From IMG/VR virus record IMGVR_UViG_3300030372_003518: a stretch of 64,000 bases of DNA; one strand, 5' to 3'. A model generated the notes under the pieces. The model did no database searches. It was not told where the DNA came from and was given only the letters and a program-made list of their open reading frames with translations. The position numbers and the translations under genes are program-made. Shown here one piece after another: positions 1 to 7,863 of this stretch; positions within the stretch are counted from its first letter, which is position 1, and the number at the start of each line of letters is the position of its first letter. The DNA is from an uncultured virus (IMG/VR IMGVR_UViG_3300030372_003518) (taxonomy: Duplodnaviria; Heunggongvirae; Uroviricota; Caudoviricetes).

Positions 1-86
1 CCACCAGCACATACAATTTCTTTTAACTTTTCCAAACCATCTCGCTATTGCATGAGATGTGTTAATTAACCATGCTCCTAGTTTTT

Positions 87-269
87 TCATTTTCCTTTAT
101 TTATTTTCCTCATCGTTTTTGCAAAGTTGTACTTTTTAGAGCCGGGAGGACAGCTTGAGCTTCCGAATTTTTTCCCTGTACAATCCCCTAAAGTACCCCT
201 TCTTTTAGCGTTTCGAAAAACCTTACCGATGAAGTCTTTTTTTTTCTTGGTTCTACCTTTTGTTGCCAT
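87..269 (-). CDS. small basic hypothetical protein
   Basis: 60 aa, K/R-rich; stop/start overlap with the neighbouring ORF. Confidence 0.7.
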   Translation of the reverse strand: MATKGRTKKKKDFIGKVFRNAKRRGTLGDCTGKKFGSSSCPPGSKKYNFAKTMRKINKGK

Positions 270-493
270 TACTTTTTAATTAACTTGCTTACGTGGTCGT
301 GAACACTTGCTTTTTCACCATGAGATTCGTATGCCATAGAGTGGTCTCCGCCATATTTGTGGCCGTAGATTTTCTTAGACATTGCTTCGCTCTCGTGTCT
401 TCTTGATGCAAATGATTGTTTTTTACCAGATTCCTTTCCATGTTTCATAGAAAGTGATTCATCTAATCTTGCGTTATAACCTTGTTTTTTCAT
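269..493 (-). CDS. small basic hypothetical protein
   Basis: 74 aa; downstream of a TATCTTTG promoter element (515-522, minus). Confidence 0.7.
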   Translation of the reverse strand: MKKQGYNARLDESLSMKHGKESGKKQSFASRRHESEAMSKKIYGHKYGGDHSMAYESHGEKASVHDHVSKLIKK

Positions 494-522
494 GATTTCT
501 AATTTTAATTAATACAAAGATA

Positions 523-813
523 CTAATATTTTCCTTGTCTATTTTTTGGAGACGACTTGGTAGAACCGCCTTTGCCTCCCCATAAAGTTCGACACGCCCA
601 ATACCTTGCTGTAAGCTTTGATTTTGCTGTTCCACACTTGTGTCTGGCTCTAAAACTTCTTCTTGCCGCAGCCGAATAATTGTGCCCATATCCTGTTGCT
701 CCAAAGTGAATGAGTTTTTCTTTACCATTCTCACACCCTTTAACCATTTTTTTCTTACCAGCCCTATCTGATTTCATGGGCTTGTTGCACGGCATGTTGC
801 TTTTATTTGCCAT
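523..813 (-). CDS. basic hypothetical phage protein
   Basis: 96 aa; KLIHFG...RRSFRARHKC...ARYWAC motif recalled from marine phage proteins. Confidence 0.75.
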   Translation of the reverse strand: MANKSNMPCNKPMKSDRAGKKKMVKGCENGKEKLIHFGATGYGHNYSAAARRSFRARHKCGTAKSKLTARYWACRTLWGGKGGSTKSSPKNRQGKY

Positions 814-815
814 TT

Positions 816-929
816 TTATTTTTTAGGTACACAATTAGGAACTTTTTTTCCCATTTTGTTCTTCATGCCTATCATTTCATATCCAGACCAGCATGGAGAT
901 TTTTTTCTACCTGTTTTCATTTTAGCCAT
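816..929 (-). CDS. small basic protein (PCWxGYEMIGMK...VPNCVP motif)
   Basis: Hand-translated 37 aa ORF MAKMKTGRKKSPCWSGYEMIGMKNKMGKKVPNCVPKK, below the ORF-track cutoff. Confidence 0.65.
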   Translation of the reverse strand: MAKMKTGRKKSPCWSGYEMIGMKNKMGKKVPNCVPKK

Positions 930-1038
930 ATTAATCTTTTTTTTTCATGTGAGAATTAAGTTTAGGGTACATGCTCTCACCTAGTTCCTCTAATTTATCA
1001 ATAAGCTTAATCAAAAGGTTAAATAATTTTTTCACCTT

Positions 1039-1350
1039 TTAGTTTCTATGCTTATTAATCTCTTCTTGAATCTCCTCTAGTCTTACCATTATTTTCATTG
1101 TAAGACCTCCTTCATATTTTTTCACAGGCTTACCGTCTTTGTATATTACAATAGTAGGTACGCTTTTAATTGAATTTTTTATTGCTGTGGACTGGTCTTC
1201 TACAAACGCATATTGAACTTTAGCGCTTCTTAATCTTTCTAGACCTTTGAATTTATTTGAGGTATTCCATTTATAATTAAAATGTACTACTGTCATATCC
1301 TGTCCATAAGAGAATAAGCTAAACAGTAAAGCAAAAATTAAAGTTCTCAT
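1039..1350 (-). CDS. exported thioredoxin-fold protein lacking CxxC
   Basis: N-terminal signal peptide; VHFNYKWN at the WCxxC position; IKSVPTIVIYKDGK cis-Pro motif. Confidence 0.6.
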   Translation of the reverse strand: MRTLIFALLFSLFSYGQDMTVVHFNYKWNTSNKFKGLERLRSAKVQYAFVEDQSTAIKNSIKSVPTIVIYKDGKPVKKYEGGLTMKIMVRLEEIQEEINKHRN

Positions 1351-1637
1351 TTTTTTATTATCTCGTATAGTTTTTCGTCTATGTCTTTTAACTTCTCTCC
1401 GTTGTCTTCTACTTTTTCTTGAGTTGACATAATTGTTTCTCTAATCAGTTGGTCTTTTAAGTCATATTCTGTTCTTGACACTTCAGGCTCTGGTAAACTC
1501 TTTGCCTCCTCAATCTCTCCTTGAAGCGCAAACCACATACCTACTAATGAAAATATTCCAGCCCCTATTATAATCAGGTTCTCTATTGAAATGTTTACTT
1601 TTTTCTTTTTAATATCGTCTATATCTAAATCAGCCAT
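1347..1637 (-). CDS. single-TM membrane protein with coiled coil
   Basis: Hydrophobic segment LIIIGAGIFSLVGMWFAL followed by heptads. Confidence 0.65.
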   Translation of the reverse strand: MADLDIDDIKKKKVNISIENLIIIGAGIFSLVGMWFALQGEIEEAKSLPEPEVSRTEYDLKDQLIRETIMSTQEKVEDNGEKLKDIDEKLYEIIKK

Positions 1638-1649
1638 AATATTGTTTTT

Positions 1650-1799
1650 TTAGTATCCCATTGATTTTTTCTCCATTCCGTAGCCTGGATTGTTTTTTAT
1701 TTTTCCTTTGTGCATTTTCATAAATGAATGCGCTTGCGCTTTTCCTACTGCGTTGTATGGAAAAGTTTTTGTTCCGTTTTTAGTTTTTACTGTAGGCAT
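1650..1799 (-). CDS. small hypothetical protein
   Basis: Likely start MPTVKTK at 1799, downstream of TATCTTTG (1836-1843, minus). Confidence 0.6.
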   Translation of the reverse strand: MPTVKTKNGTKTFPYNAVGKAQAHSFMKMHKGKIKNNPGYGMEKKSMGY

Positions 1800-1857
1800 A
1801 TTATTATTTTTTAAGATTTTATAAATATATTTGTACAAAGATAATAAATCTAATATA

Positions 1858-2304
1858 ATGCAATCAACAGGAGTAAACGACTGTCTTAAGTATTGGAGGG
1901 TAATTCGGTATTTCATAAAAGCTAAATACGGACTGACTACTGCTGACCTTGATATGTTACTTTTTCTTTACAGTGAAGATATTTTTTCAAAAGAAAAGTT
2001 TGAAGAGTTTGACAATCTACTAAGCTGGGACACTGATAGGTTTGATAGGTTGTTAAGAGATGGTTGGATAGAAGTGTTTCGTCGTAGGCGAAAAAAATTT
2101 AAAACTTTATATGGAGTAAGCTTTAAGGCTCAAAGGGTAATTAATAGTGTGTACAAAAAATTGTCTGGCGAAGAAATTCCTACTTCTCAATCAGCAAATC
2201 CTATGTTTGCTAAAAACGTAAAGTTTTCCGATAAGGTTTATCGCAAGATGATTTTAGAGATGAACGCTTCTATAAGACAACAACGACATCTTTCTCCTGA
2301 ATAA
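1858..2304 (+). CDS. MarR-like winged-helix DNA-binding protein
   Basis: YGLTxxDLDMLLFLY...FDRLLRDGWIEV...LYGVSFKA pattern typical of MarR wHTH; ATG at 1858. Confidence 0.55.
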   Translation: MQSTGVNDCLKYWRVIRYFIKAKYGLTTADLDMLLFLYSEDIFSKEKFEEFDNLLSWDTDRFDRLLRDGWIEVFRRRRKKFKTLYGVSFKAQRVINSVYKKLSGEEIPTSQSANPMFAKNVKFSDKVYRKMILEMNASIRQQRHLSPE

Positions 2305-2527
2305 TTGTCATAGGCTCATCTTTAATAATTAAAGTATAGCCTGCTCTTTTATCAAAATAGATTAAATCGTTTTCCTTAATAACCGCTACATCAGTTCCGC
2401 TTTTAATGACAATGCCTTTTTTGTATCTCATTTGATTTGCATCTTCAGCAGATAACATTAGACCTGATGAGGTGATAAGCTCTTCCTCTAAGGTTTTTAT
2501 AATTATGTTTTTACCTATTGGCTTCAT
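2270..2527 (-). CDS. groES: co-chaperonin GroES
   Basis: MKPIGKNIIIK...TSSGLML...GIVIKSG...IIQEKDVVVVL Cpn10 pattern; close to groEL. Confidence 0.9.
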   Translation of the reverse strand: MKPIGKNIIIKTLEEELITSSGLMLSAEDANQMRYKKGIVIKSGTDVAVIKENDLIYFDKRAGYTLIIKDEPMTIIQEKDVVVVL

Positions 2528-2711
2528 AATATGAACAATATATTTCTGTTATATAAGTCTCTTCACACACTCCGTTTTCACATATAGTTTCTCCTAACTG
2601 ATACTGCTCTACCTCATAAGTTATACATCTCTCGTCTTCTTTTTCACAAGAGACTGACAAAAGAAGTAGAAAAACAATAAGAGCTAAAAGTAAATAGTCA
2701 AATAATTTCAT
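2511..2711 (-). CDS. putative lipoprotein
   Basis: Hydrophobic N-terminus with lipobox-like SVSC; Cys-rich mature part. Confidence 0.55.
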   Translation of the reverse strand: MKLFDYLLLALIVFLLLLSVSCEKEDERCITYEVEQYQLGETICENGVCEETYITEIYCSYYEANR

Positions 2712-2890
2712 TTGGTATTTTTATAATCAATTATAAATCCTATTGCGACTATTATGTTCATCGCTATAGATGATAAAATTTCTACTAGGTCGTGAAATGA
2801 ATGTATAGATAAATGTATATGGCCTACAATCCAAAACGGAATCGCTAGGTTTTGACTTATCCATATAAGTGTAAATTTAATTAGTCTCAT
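2708..2890 (-). CDS. small two-TM membrane protein
   Basis: 60 aa with two hydrophobic segments. Confidence 0.6.
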   Translation of the reverse strand: MRLIKFTLIWISQNLAIPFWIVGHIHLSIHSFHDLVEILSSIAMNIIVAIGFIIDYKNTK

Positions 2891-3042
2891 TATAATTTTG
2901 TAAATATCTCTACGTGTTCCACCTCACATTTTTTATTTACACATGAGTAGTTCCCTACTATCCCTTCACCCTCTATTCCTATTTCATCGTACATGTGTTC
3001 TCCGCCCCATAGCAATTCTATTTCACACATTGGGCATATCAT
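2890..3042 (-). CDS. small zinc-ribbon protein
   Basis: Hand-translated 50 aa MICPMCEIELLWGG...YSCVNKKC; overlaps both neighbours. Confidence 0.6.
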   Translation of the reverse strand: MICPMCEIELLWGGEHMYDEIGIEGEGIVGNYSCVNKKCEVEHVEIFTKL

Positions 3043-4640
3043 TGGCTATCGTATGTTCTGGCCATAGTCACTATAGCGTTAGTAGATAATATTGTCACGG
3101 CTACACTCACTGCATTTTGCAGAGCCTCTTTTGTTACTTTTAAAGGGTCTATTACTCCAAGCTCATATAGGTCTCCATACTCTCCGGTTTTTATGTCCAT
3201 TCCCTGATTATCATTTAGCATACTTAAAGTTGGCCTTATAAAGTCTGTCCCTGCATTGCGATAGATTTGCAATAAGGGTTCTTGAAGGGCTTGGCCTAAA
3301 ATCGCTTTAGCGATTTTTTTTGAATTTTTTTTCTCCAATAGTTTAACGCCCTCTCTATACAGCGCAAGTCCTCCGCCAGGAAGTATACCTTCCTCTAGGG
3401 CGGAACGAACTGCGCATACTGCGTCATCTACTCTGTCGAATAATTCTTTTTGTTCAAGGTCTGTATTTCCTCCAACATATATTACACCCACACCTCCTGT
3501 GAGTGAGGCGATGCGGGATAGGATAAAGTCAGAGTCTGCTTTTGTCTTGGCTAAAGAAACCGACTCTTTTAATTGACCTACCCTTTCTTTTATTTTCTCA
3601 TCATCTACACTCTGGGTATCTTTTAATATAATAGTAGAGTCTTTCCCTACAATTATTTTTTTTGCTTTACCTAAATCAGCAAAGTTTATTATACTCAAAT
3701 CATCTCCTGTCTTTTCTGAAAAATATGTAGCACCAACTGACAGAGCTAAGTCTTGCATCAGTTCGTGTTGCTTATAGCCAAAGGAGGGTGGTGTTATGGC
3801 ACAAAGTTTCAAACTGTTCTTCATCACATTCGCCGCAAGGGTGTTTATGACATTTGGAGAACAGGGCGCTACAATTAATAATTTTTTACCCTCGTTTATA
3901 ATTGGTTTTAATACATTCTCTATTGTAAGTATATTGTTTATATCAGCATCAGCTACCAGCACATGAACATCCTCTAGTATACACTCATCTTTTTTCTGGT
4001 CATTAATAAAAAGAGGAGAATAATACCCTCTGTCTATTTTTAGTCCGTGTGTTGTTTCAAAACTTGTCTCACTGCTTTGAGACTTTTCTACAGTAACCAG
4101 TCCATTTTTCCCAACCTTTTTATATGTCTGAGCAATTATCTCTCCGGTCTTCACATCATTATTAGCAGATATAGTCGCTACATCTATAAGTTTACTCTGA
4201 GTTACTTTTTTACTTTTCTTTTTTAAATTCTCCACCACCCCAGTGGTAAGCTCTACTAAATCACGAAGCACCTGAGTTTTGTTTTCTACATATCCAAGCT
4301 CTTCCATACCTTTATTTACTAAAGCCTCAGTTAAAACTATAGCGGTAGTTGTTCCATCGCCTGCATTAGCTGCTGTACGAGATGCTGCTTCTCGCATAAT
4401 TTGAACAGCTAGATTTTCTACAGGGTCTAAAAGTTGAATTGATTTAGCAACAGTCACTCCATCTTTGGTAACTGTTATTCCATGAGTATGCTGGGGGGAC
4501 TCTATAAGAACAGTATTTCCCATAGGCCCAAGCGTTGACTTGACTGCCTCTGACATTTTCGATATACCTTCTGTGAGTTTTTCTTGCCCTTTTTCTTTAA
4601 AGTGCAAATCTTTCGGTGAGTACCCTCCGGTTGGTTGCAT
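3039..4640 (-). CDS. groEL: chaperonin GroEL
   Basis: TLGPMG, TKDGVTVAK, GDGTTTA, GILPGGG and GVIDPLKV motifs; probable ATG at 4640; no C-terminal GGM tail. Confidence 0.97.
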   Translation of the reverse strand: MQPTGGYSPKDLHFKEKGQEKLTEGISKMSEAVKSTLGPMGNTVLIESPQHTHGITVTKDGVTVAKSIQLLDPVENLAVQIMREAASRTAANAGDGTTTAIVLTEALVNKGMEELGYVENKTQVLRDLVELTTGVVENLKKKSKKVTQSKLIDVATISANNDVKTGEIIAQTYKKVGKNGLVTVEKSQSSETSFETTHGLKIDRGYYSPLFINDQKKDECILEDVHVLVADADINNILTIENVLKPIINEGKKLLIVAPCSPNVINTLAANVMKNSLKLCAITPPSFGYKQHELMQDLALSVGATYFSEKTGDDLSIINFADLGKAKKIIVGKDSTIILKDTQSVDDEKIKERVGQLKESVSLAKTKADSDFILSRIASLTGGVGVIYVGGNTDLEQKELFDRVDDAVCAVRSALEEGILPGGGLALYREGVKLLEKKNSKKIAKAILGQALQEPLLQIYRNAGTDFIRPTLSMLNDNQGMDIKTGEYGDLYELGVIDPLKVTKEALQNAVSVAVTILSTNAIVTMARTYDSQ

Positions 4641-4692
4641 TTGATTTAATTTTCTCAAATATATAAATTTATTTTTTATCTACCTTTACGTT

Positions 4693-5067
4693 ATGAAAAA
4701 ACTTTTAACAATACTACTTATAACACTTGCCTCATGTGGTACATACCAAGGGGGTAATTTCCACACTTATGACGGTATTTATTATAGCAATACCGATAAA
4801 TTAGATTCTTTACAAAAAAAAGTTATTAGAATTAGATACTATCCTGTATATATTTATAGAACTAACCCTTATTATAATTACTACCAGCCATATAGATACT
4901 GGGGTGATTATGGCTATTACTCAGGAACTTACACCCCATCTCATAGGAGCAATTCTAATAGAGGCAGTGTGAGTCCTCGTACTACTCCTTCTACACCTAG
5001 CGCTACGCCTAGCTCTTCGAGCCCTAGCAGCTCTGGCAGCAAGAGTAAAGGAGGTAAAATACAGTAA
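4693..5067 (+). CDS. lipoprotein with Tyr-rich and Ser/Pro-rich tail
   Basis: MKKLLTILLITLASC lipobox; TACCTTTA promoter-like element 4 nt upstream of ATG. Confidence 0.75.
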   Translation: MKKLLTILLITLASCGTYQGGNFHTYDGIYYSNTDKLDSLQKKVIRIRYYPVYIYRTNPYYNYYQPYRYWGDYGYYSGTYTPSHRSNSNRGSVSPRTTPSTPSATPSSSSPSSSGSKSKGGKIQ

Positions 5068-5270
5068 TGTCGAAATGTCGACTTTTTAATTTCTATATGG
5101 GGGAAATAAAAAAACTTTTTTTTATTTTTTTTTTCTTCTACAAACTACTCTTAAACTTGACATCTTGACATAAAGTATATAAAATAATAGTTAAATAACT
5201 GAAAATTAGAAGATTAAGTTTATGTCGACTTTTTTTCAACTCGACATGAGGTCGACGCAGAACGTCGACT
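5067..5270. repeat. iteron-like ATGTC(G/A)A repeats around an AT/poly-T tract (candidate origin)
   Basis: ATGTCGA 5067; ATGTCGAC 5075 and 5222; CTTGACAT 5156 and 5164; CTCGACAT 5240; GTCGAC 5251 and 5264. Confidence 0.5.
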
Positions 5271-5296
5271 TTTGTTGTTTTTGATTATAAAAGACA

Positions 5297-5322
5297 AAAG
5301 CTACCCTCTAAGGAGTAGCTTT
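5297..5322 (-). terminator. intrinsic terminator
   Basis: AAAGCTAC/GTAGCTTT hairpin with a U-run on the minus strand after ORF 5355-5543. Confidence 0.6.
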
Positions 5323-5354
5323 ATCCAACTATAACCAACTAAAAATATGAATAA

Positions 5355-5543
5355 TCAATCCATAAATCTTTCAAGCATTTTAGCCCTTCTTATACCTTCG
5401 GCTATCTGCTCTATATTTTCTTGCCTTTTTACCATCTTTCTAATCTCAGCTGCTCTTTCAAGTCCGCTTCTCGAATCAGGCCTGTCGTTTATTAGTCTCC
5501 CGTCCTTGACGTATAGACCGTTTACAAAATCACTTTTTGCCAT
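5355..5543 (-). CDS. hypothetical protein
   Basis: 62 aa, followed by a terminator. Confidence 0.7.
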   Translation of the reverse strand: MAKSDFVNGLYVKDGRLINDRPDSRSGLERAAEIRKMVKRQENIEQIAEGIRRAKMLERFMD

Positions 5544-5544
5544 A

Positions 5545-5688
5545 TTACCAATATTTAATTACTATGCTTATGAGTCCTGCGAATAATGTGAACTCGACCC
5601 AGTCATGCTCATCGTCTTTTCCGTAGTATTGAAACCCAAGTGCGAATCCTACTTTGATTCGATTTTGTATTTCAATCTCATAAGACAT
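5545..5688 (-). CDS. small hypothetical protein (probably leaderless)
   Basis: Hand-translated 47 aa MSYEIEIQNR...IVIKYW; TAACTTTG 4 nt upstream of ATG. Confidence 0.6.
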   Translation of the reverse strand: MSYEIEIQNRIKVGFALGFQYYGKDDEHDWVEFTLFAGLISIVIKYW

Positions 5689-5692
5689 ATTG

Positions 5693-5700
5693 CAAAGTTA
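5693..5700 (-). promoter_or_regulatory. Bacteroidota -7 promoter element (TAnnTTTG)
   Basis: TAACTTTG. The same motif precedes minus-strand genes at 515, 1836, 32478, 34316, 39781, 46462, 46846, 50452 and 56218. Confidence 0.7.
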
Positions 5701-6085
5701 CAAAAAAATATTAGATATTCAGAGTGTTTGGATAATATACGCATATACGCAGGACGACCCAACAAAAAAAGTGGAAAAAAAATCAGACGGGGGGGGTAAT
5801 TTTTTTGAACGGACAAGCAACATTTTTGGCGTTTTTTAGGTTGTTTAAACAGCCCCCTTAGTAGTTTGTTTAAACGAAGCGGGGTAAGAGCTTTGAGCTT
5901 ATCAGTTAGGCACGCCTAACCTTGCCCCCGTTTAAACCCCTCATCTCCGCCCCAAAGAAAAATAAAGCTCGGGGACAACTCATCTATAACTCATTGAACA
6001 CTAGCAAACAAAGGCAAAACTAACTCAAAACCTTATTTAGAATTAATCTAAATTAGCATTATCTTAAAAATATCCTAAGAATATC

Positions 6086-6116
6086 TTGCGATTGTCAATT
6101 TATCTTTGTAGCTTAC
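6086..6116 (+). promoter_or_regulatory. early promoter (host sigma70, Bacteroidota type)
   Basis: TATCTTTG at 6101-6108, or TTG-N20-TAGCTTAC; lies just before the structured leader and ribozyme array. Confidence 0.55.
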
Positions 6117-6120
6117 GAAG

Positions 6121-6345
6121 TAATTGGAGAAAAGGTCAACTCCATCGGAAAAGCAAAAGACCCGTAAAATACCGAATGAAGCGAGCAGATGATGATGAAC
6201 TTTGACATAGAGAGTTTAAACACTCTCAAAGTGAATTCAGCAACGGGGTAAAAGCTCGTTCAAAAAATGCTACAAAAACAAAGCAACGAAGTAGGGAAAC
6301 TGAAAAGCCCTTTCGATGATTAGCAAATTCACTTACTTAATCAAA
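6121..6345 (+). ncRNA. unassigned multi-stem, pseudoknotted RNA
   Basis: TGGAG/CTCCA, TGAAGCGAGC/GCTCGTTCA, CTTTGA/TCAAAG, GAGAG/CTCTC, CCCGT/ACGGG, AAGTGAATT/AATTCACTT; no ORF in the track. Confidence 0.5.
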
Positions 6346-6361
6346 CATAATTTTTTAGTTA

Positions 6362-6440
6362 ACTCGTCAGGGCGAGTATAAAATAGAGTATTAAGCCCTG
6401 AGCGTTAGCTGATAAAATTTATTTTGTCGGCTATCTTACT
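6362..6440 (+). ncRNA. pistol ribozyme 1 (non-canonical cleavage site)
   Basis: P1 ACTCG/CGAGT; pseudoknot TCAGGG/CCCTGA; TTAAG and GCGT core; P2 AGTA/TACT; 13-bp P3; TCT in place of GGT at the scissile junction. Confidence 0.8.
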
Positions 6441-6459
6441 AACAACTAAAAATTAAATT

Positions 6460-6771
6460 ATGGAAAATGTAATAAAATTTGACCTTAACAAAATGGGGTC
6501 ATCAGATATTCAAAGTATGAACAAAGTTATTAACGCTTACATACAAATTGAGCCGATAAATTATAACTTTTATGGCATTTCAGAAACGGGTTTTAATGAA
6601 AATTCGGGCTATGTTTATATAGCATTAGAAAATCAAATTTCAATATGTTCAGCGTTTAATAATGAAGTTGAATATCTAGTTACAAATTTTGACAATGGCG
6701 AAGAGTTTTTCTTTGAAACTTACGAAGAAGCTAAAGCCAAAAATTTAAAGGTTAATGACATAAGTTATTAA
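6460..6771 (+). CDS. early hypothetical protein
   Basis: 103 aa with an A-rich TIR. Confidence 0.8.
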   Translation: MENVIKFDLNKMGSSDIQSMNKVINAYIQIEPINYNFYGISETGFNENSGYVYIALENQISICSAFNNEVEYLVTNFDNGEEFFFETYEEAKAKNLKVNDISY

Positions 6772-6773
6772 TC

Positions 6774-6840
6774 AATCGTTAGGGCGATTTCAAACAGAGT
6801 ATTAAGCCCTAAGCGTCCCCGATTATCTCGGGGGGTTACT
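6774..6840 (+). ncRNA. pistol ribozyme 2
   Basis: AATCG-TTAGGG-CGATT...AGTA-TTAAG-CCCTAA-GCGT-P3-GGT-TACT, same architecture as the env25 pistol; predicted cut 6835/6836. Confidence 0.93.
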
Positions 6841-6860
6841 ATAACTAAAAATTAAAAATT

Positions 6861-7004
6861 ATGGATATTTTACAAAATTGTAAACCTCAGGGAACATACG
6901 AAAGCTGGAAAAATTGGCTAGCTGATTGTTATAATAAAAATGACTTTTTAGCGACTCATTTTCCTGAGGAATTTAAACTTGACAATGCAAGTATAAAAAG
7001 ATAA
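6861..7004 (+). CDS. small early protein (47 aa); 3' end overlaps pistol 3
   Basis: Hand-translated MDILQNCKPQ...DNASIKR; conserved leader ACTAAAAATTAAAAATTATG. Confidence 0.7.
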   Translation: MDILQNCKPQGTYESWKNWLADCYNKNDFLATHFPEEFKLDNASIKR

Positions 7005-7050
7005 TTAAGCATTGAGCGTTCAGCCCCGTTTAAACGGGGTTGAGGTTTAT
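6977..7050 (+). ncRNA. pistol ribozyme 3
   Basis: P1 ACTTG/CAAGT; pseudoknot CAATG/CATTG; P2 ATAA/TTAT; core TTAAG, GCGT, GGT; predicted cut 7045/7046. Confidence 0.9.
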
Positions 7051-7069
7051 ATAACTAAAAATTAAAATT

Positions 7070-7678
7070 ATGAAAAAATCTAAATTTAGTCGAGAAGATT
7101 ATTTAATTAAAGCGTCTGACATTATGAGGGATTATTTGTTTAAACCTAAGGGCTATAAAGTGCCAAAGGTTGAGCTTTCAGTTTCTTGGGCTACAAGTGG
7201 AAATAGAGCGAGAAACAAAAGCGGGCAAACCTTAGGTATGTGCTTTAATAAAGCGTCAAGCAAAAAGGGAATAAATCAAATCATTATTACCCCTAGCTTA
7301 GACGGGGAAACAATTAAAGGCACGCTTAGAATTTTAGATGTCCTAGCTCACGAACTAGTCCACGCAGTTGACGATTTAAAATCAGGACATAAAAAAGCGT
7401 TCAAAGATTGTGCAACGGCAATAGGTCTAATCGGTCAAATGAGAAGCACCAAAGCGAGCAAAGAATTAAATGAGTGGCTACGCAAAAATATCGTAGATAA
7501 GCTCGGGAAATTTCCGCACGCAGAGGTTACACTTTCAGGTAAAAAGCAAACCACTAGAAACATAAAAGTTTCTTGTGATTGTTGCGACTTTTCTTTTCGC
7601 ACCTCACGAACAAATATAAATACAATTGAAAATTGGGATTGTTTGGCGTGCGATGACGGGAGACTCGATGAATGCTAA
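7070..7678 (+). CDS. SprT-like zinc metalloprotease with C-terminal zinc ribbon
   Basis: LAHELVH HExxH motif, GHKKAFK, and CxxC...CxxC. Confidence 0.8.
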   Translation: MKKSKFSREDYLIKASDIMRDYLFKPKGYKVPKVELSVSWATSGNRARNKSGQTLGMCFNKASSKKGINQIIITPSLDGETIKGTLRILDVLAHELVHAVDDLKSGHKKAFKDCATAIGLIGQMRSTKASKELNEWLRKNIVDKLGKFPHAEVTLSGKKQTTRNIKVSCDCCDFSFRTSRTNINTIENWDCLACDDGRLDEC

Positions 7679-7679
7679 A

Positions 7680-7749
7680 ACTTGTTTGGGCAAGTATAAA
7701 AAGAAATTAAGCCCAAAGCGTCCGAGTTGTTTAAACGACTCGGGGTTTT
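7680..7749 (+). ncRNA. pistol ribozyme 4
   Basis: ACTTG/CAAGT; TTTGGG/CCCAAA; TTAAG; GCGT; P3 with GTTTAAAC; GGT; predicted cut 7745/7746. Confidence 0.9.
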
Positions 7750-7770
7750 ACTAACTAAAAATTAAAAATT

Positions 7771-7863
7771 ATGAAAAACTTTATTGAAGTAGTCGAGAAG
7801 ATTACTCCGTATATTTTAATAGTCATATTCTTATGGTTTATGTTTATGTTTATAACTCTCTGA
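7771..7863 (+). CDS. 30-aa hydrophobic membrane peptide
   Basis: MKNFIEVVEKITPYILIVIFLWFMFMFITL behind the conserved leader. Confidence 0.65.
   Translation: MKNFIEVVEKITPYILIVIFLWFMFMFITL

Noticed and set aside
5347..5799. Plus-strand ORFs 5347-5586 and 5605-5799
   Set aside because: They overlap better-supported minus-strand ORFs that have a promoter element and a terminator
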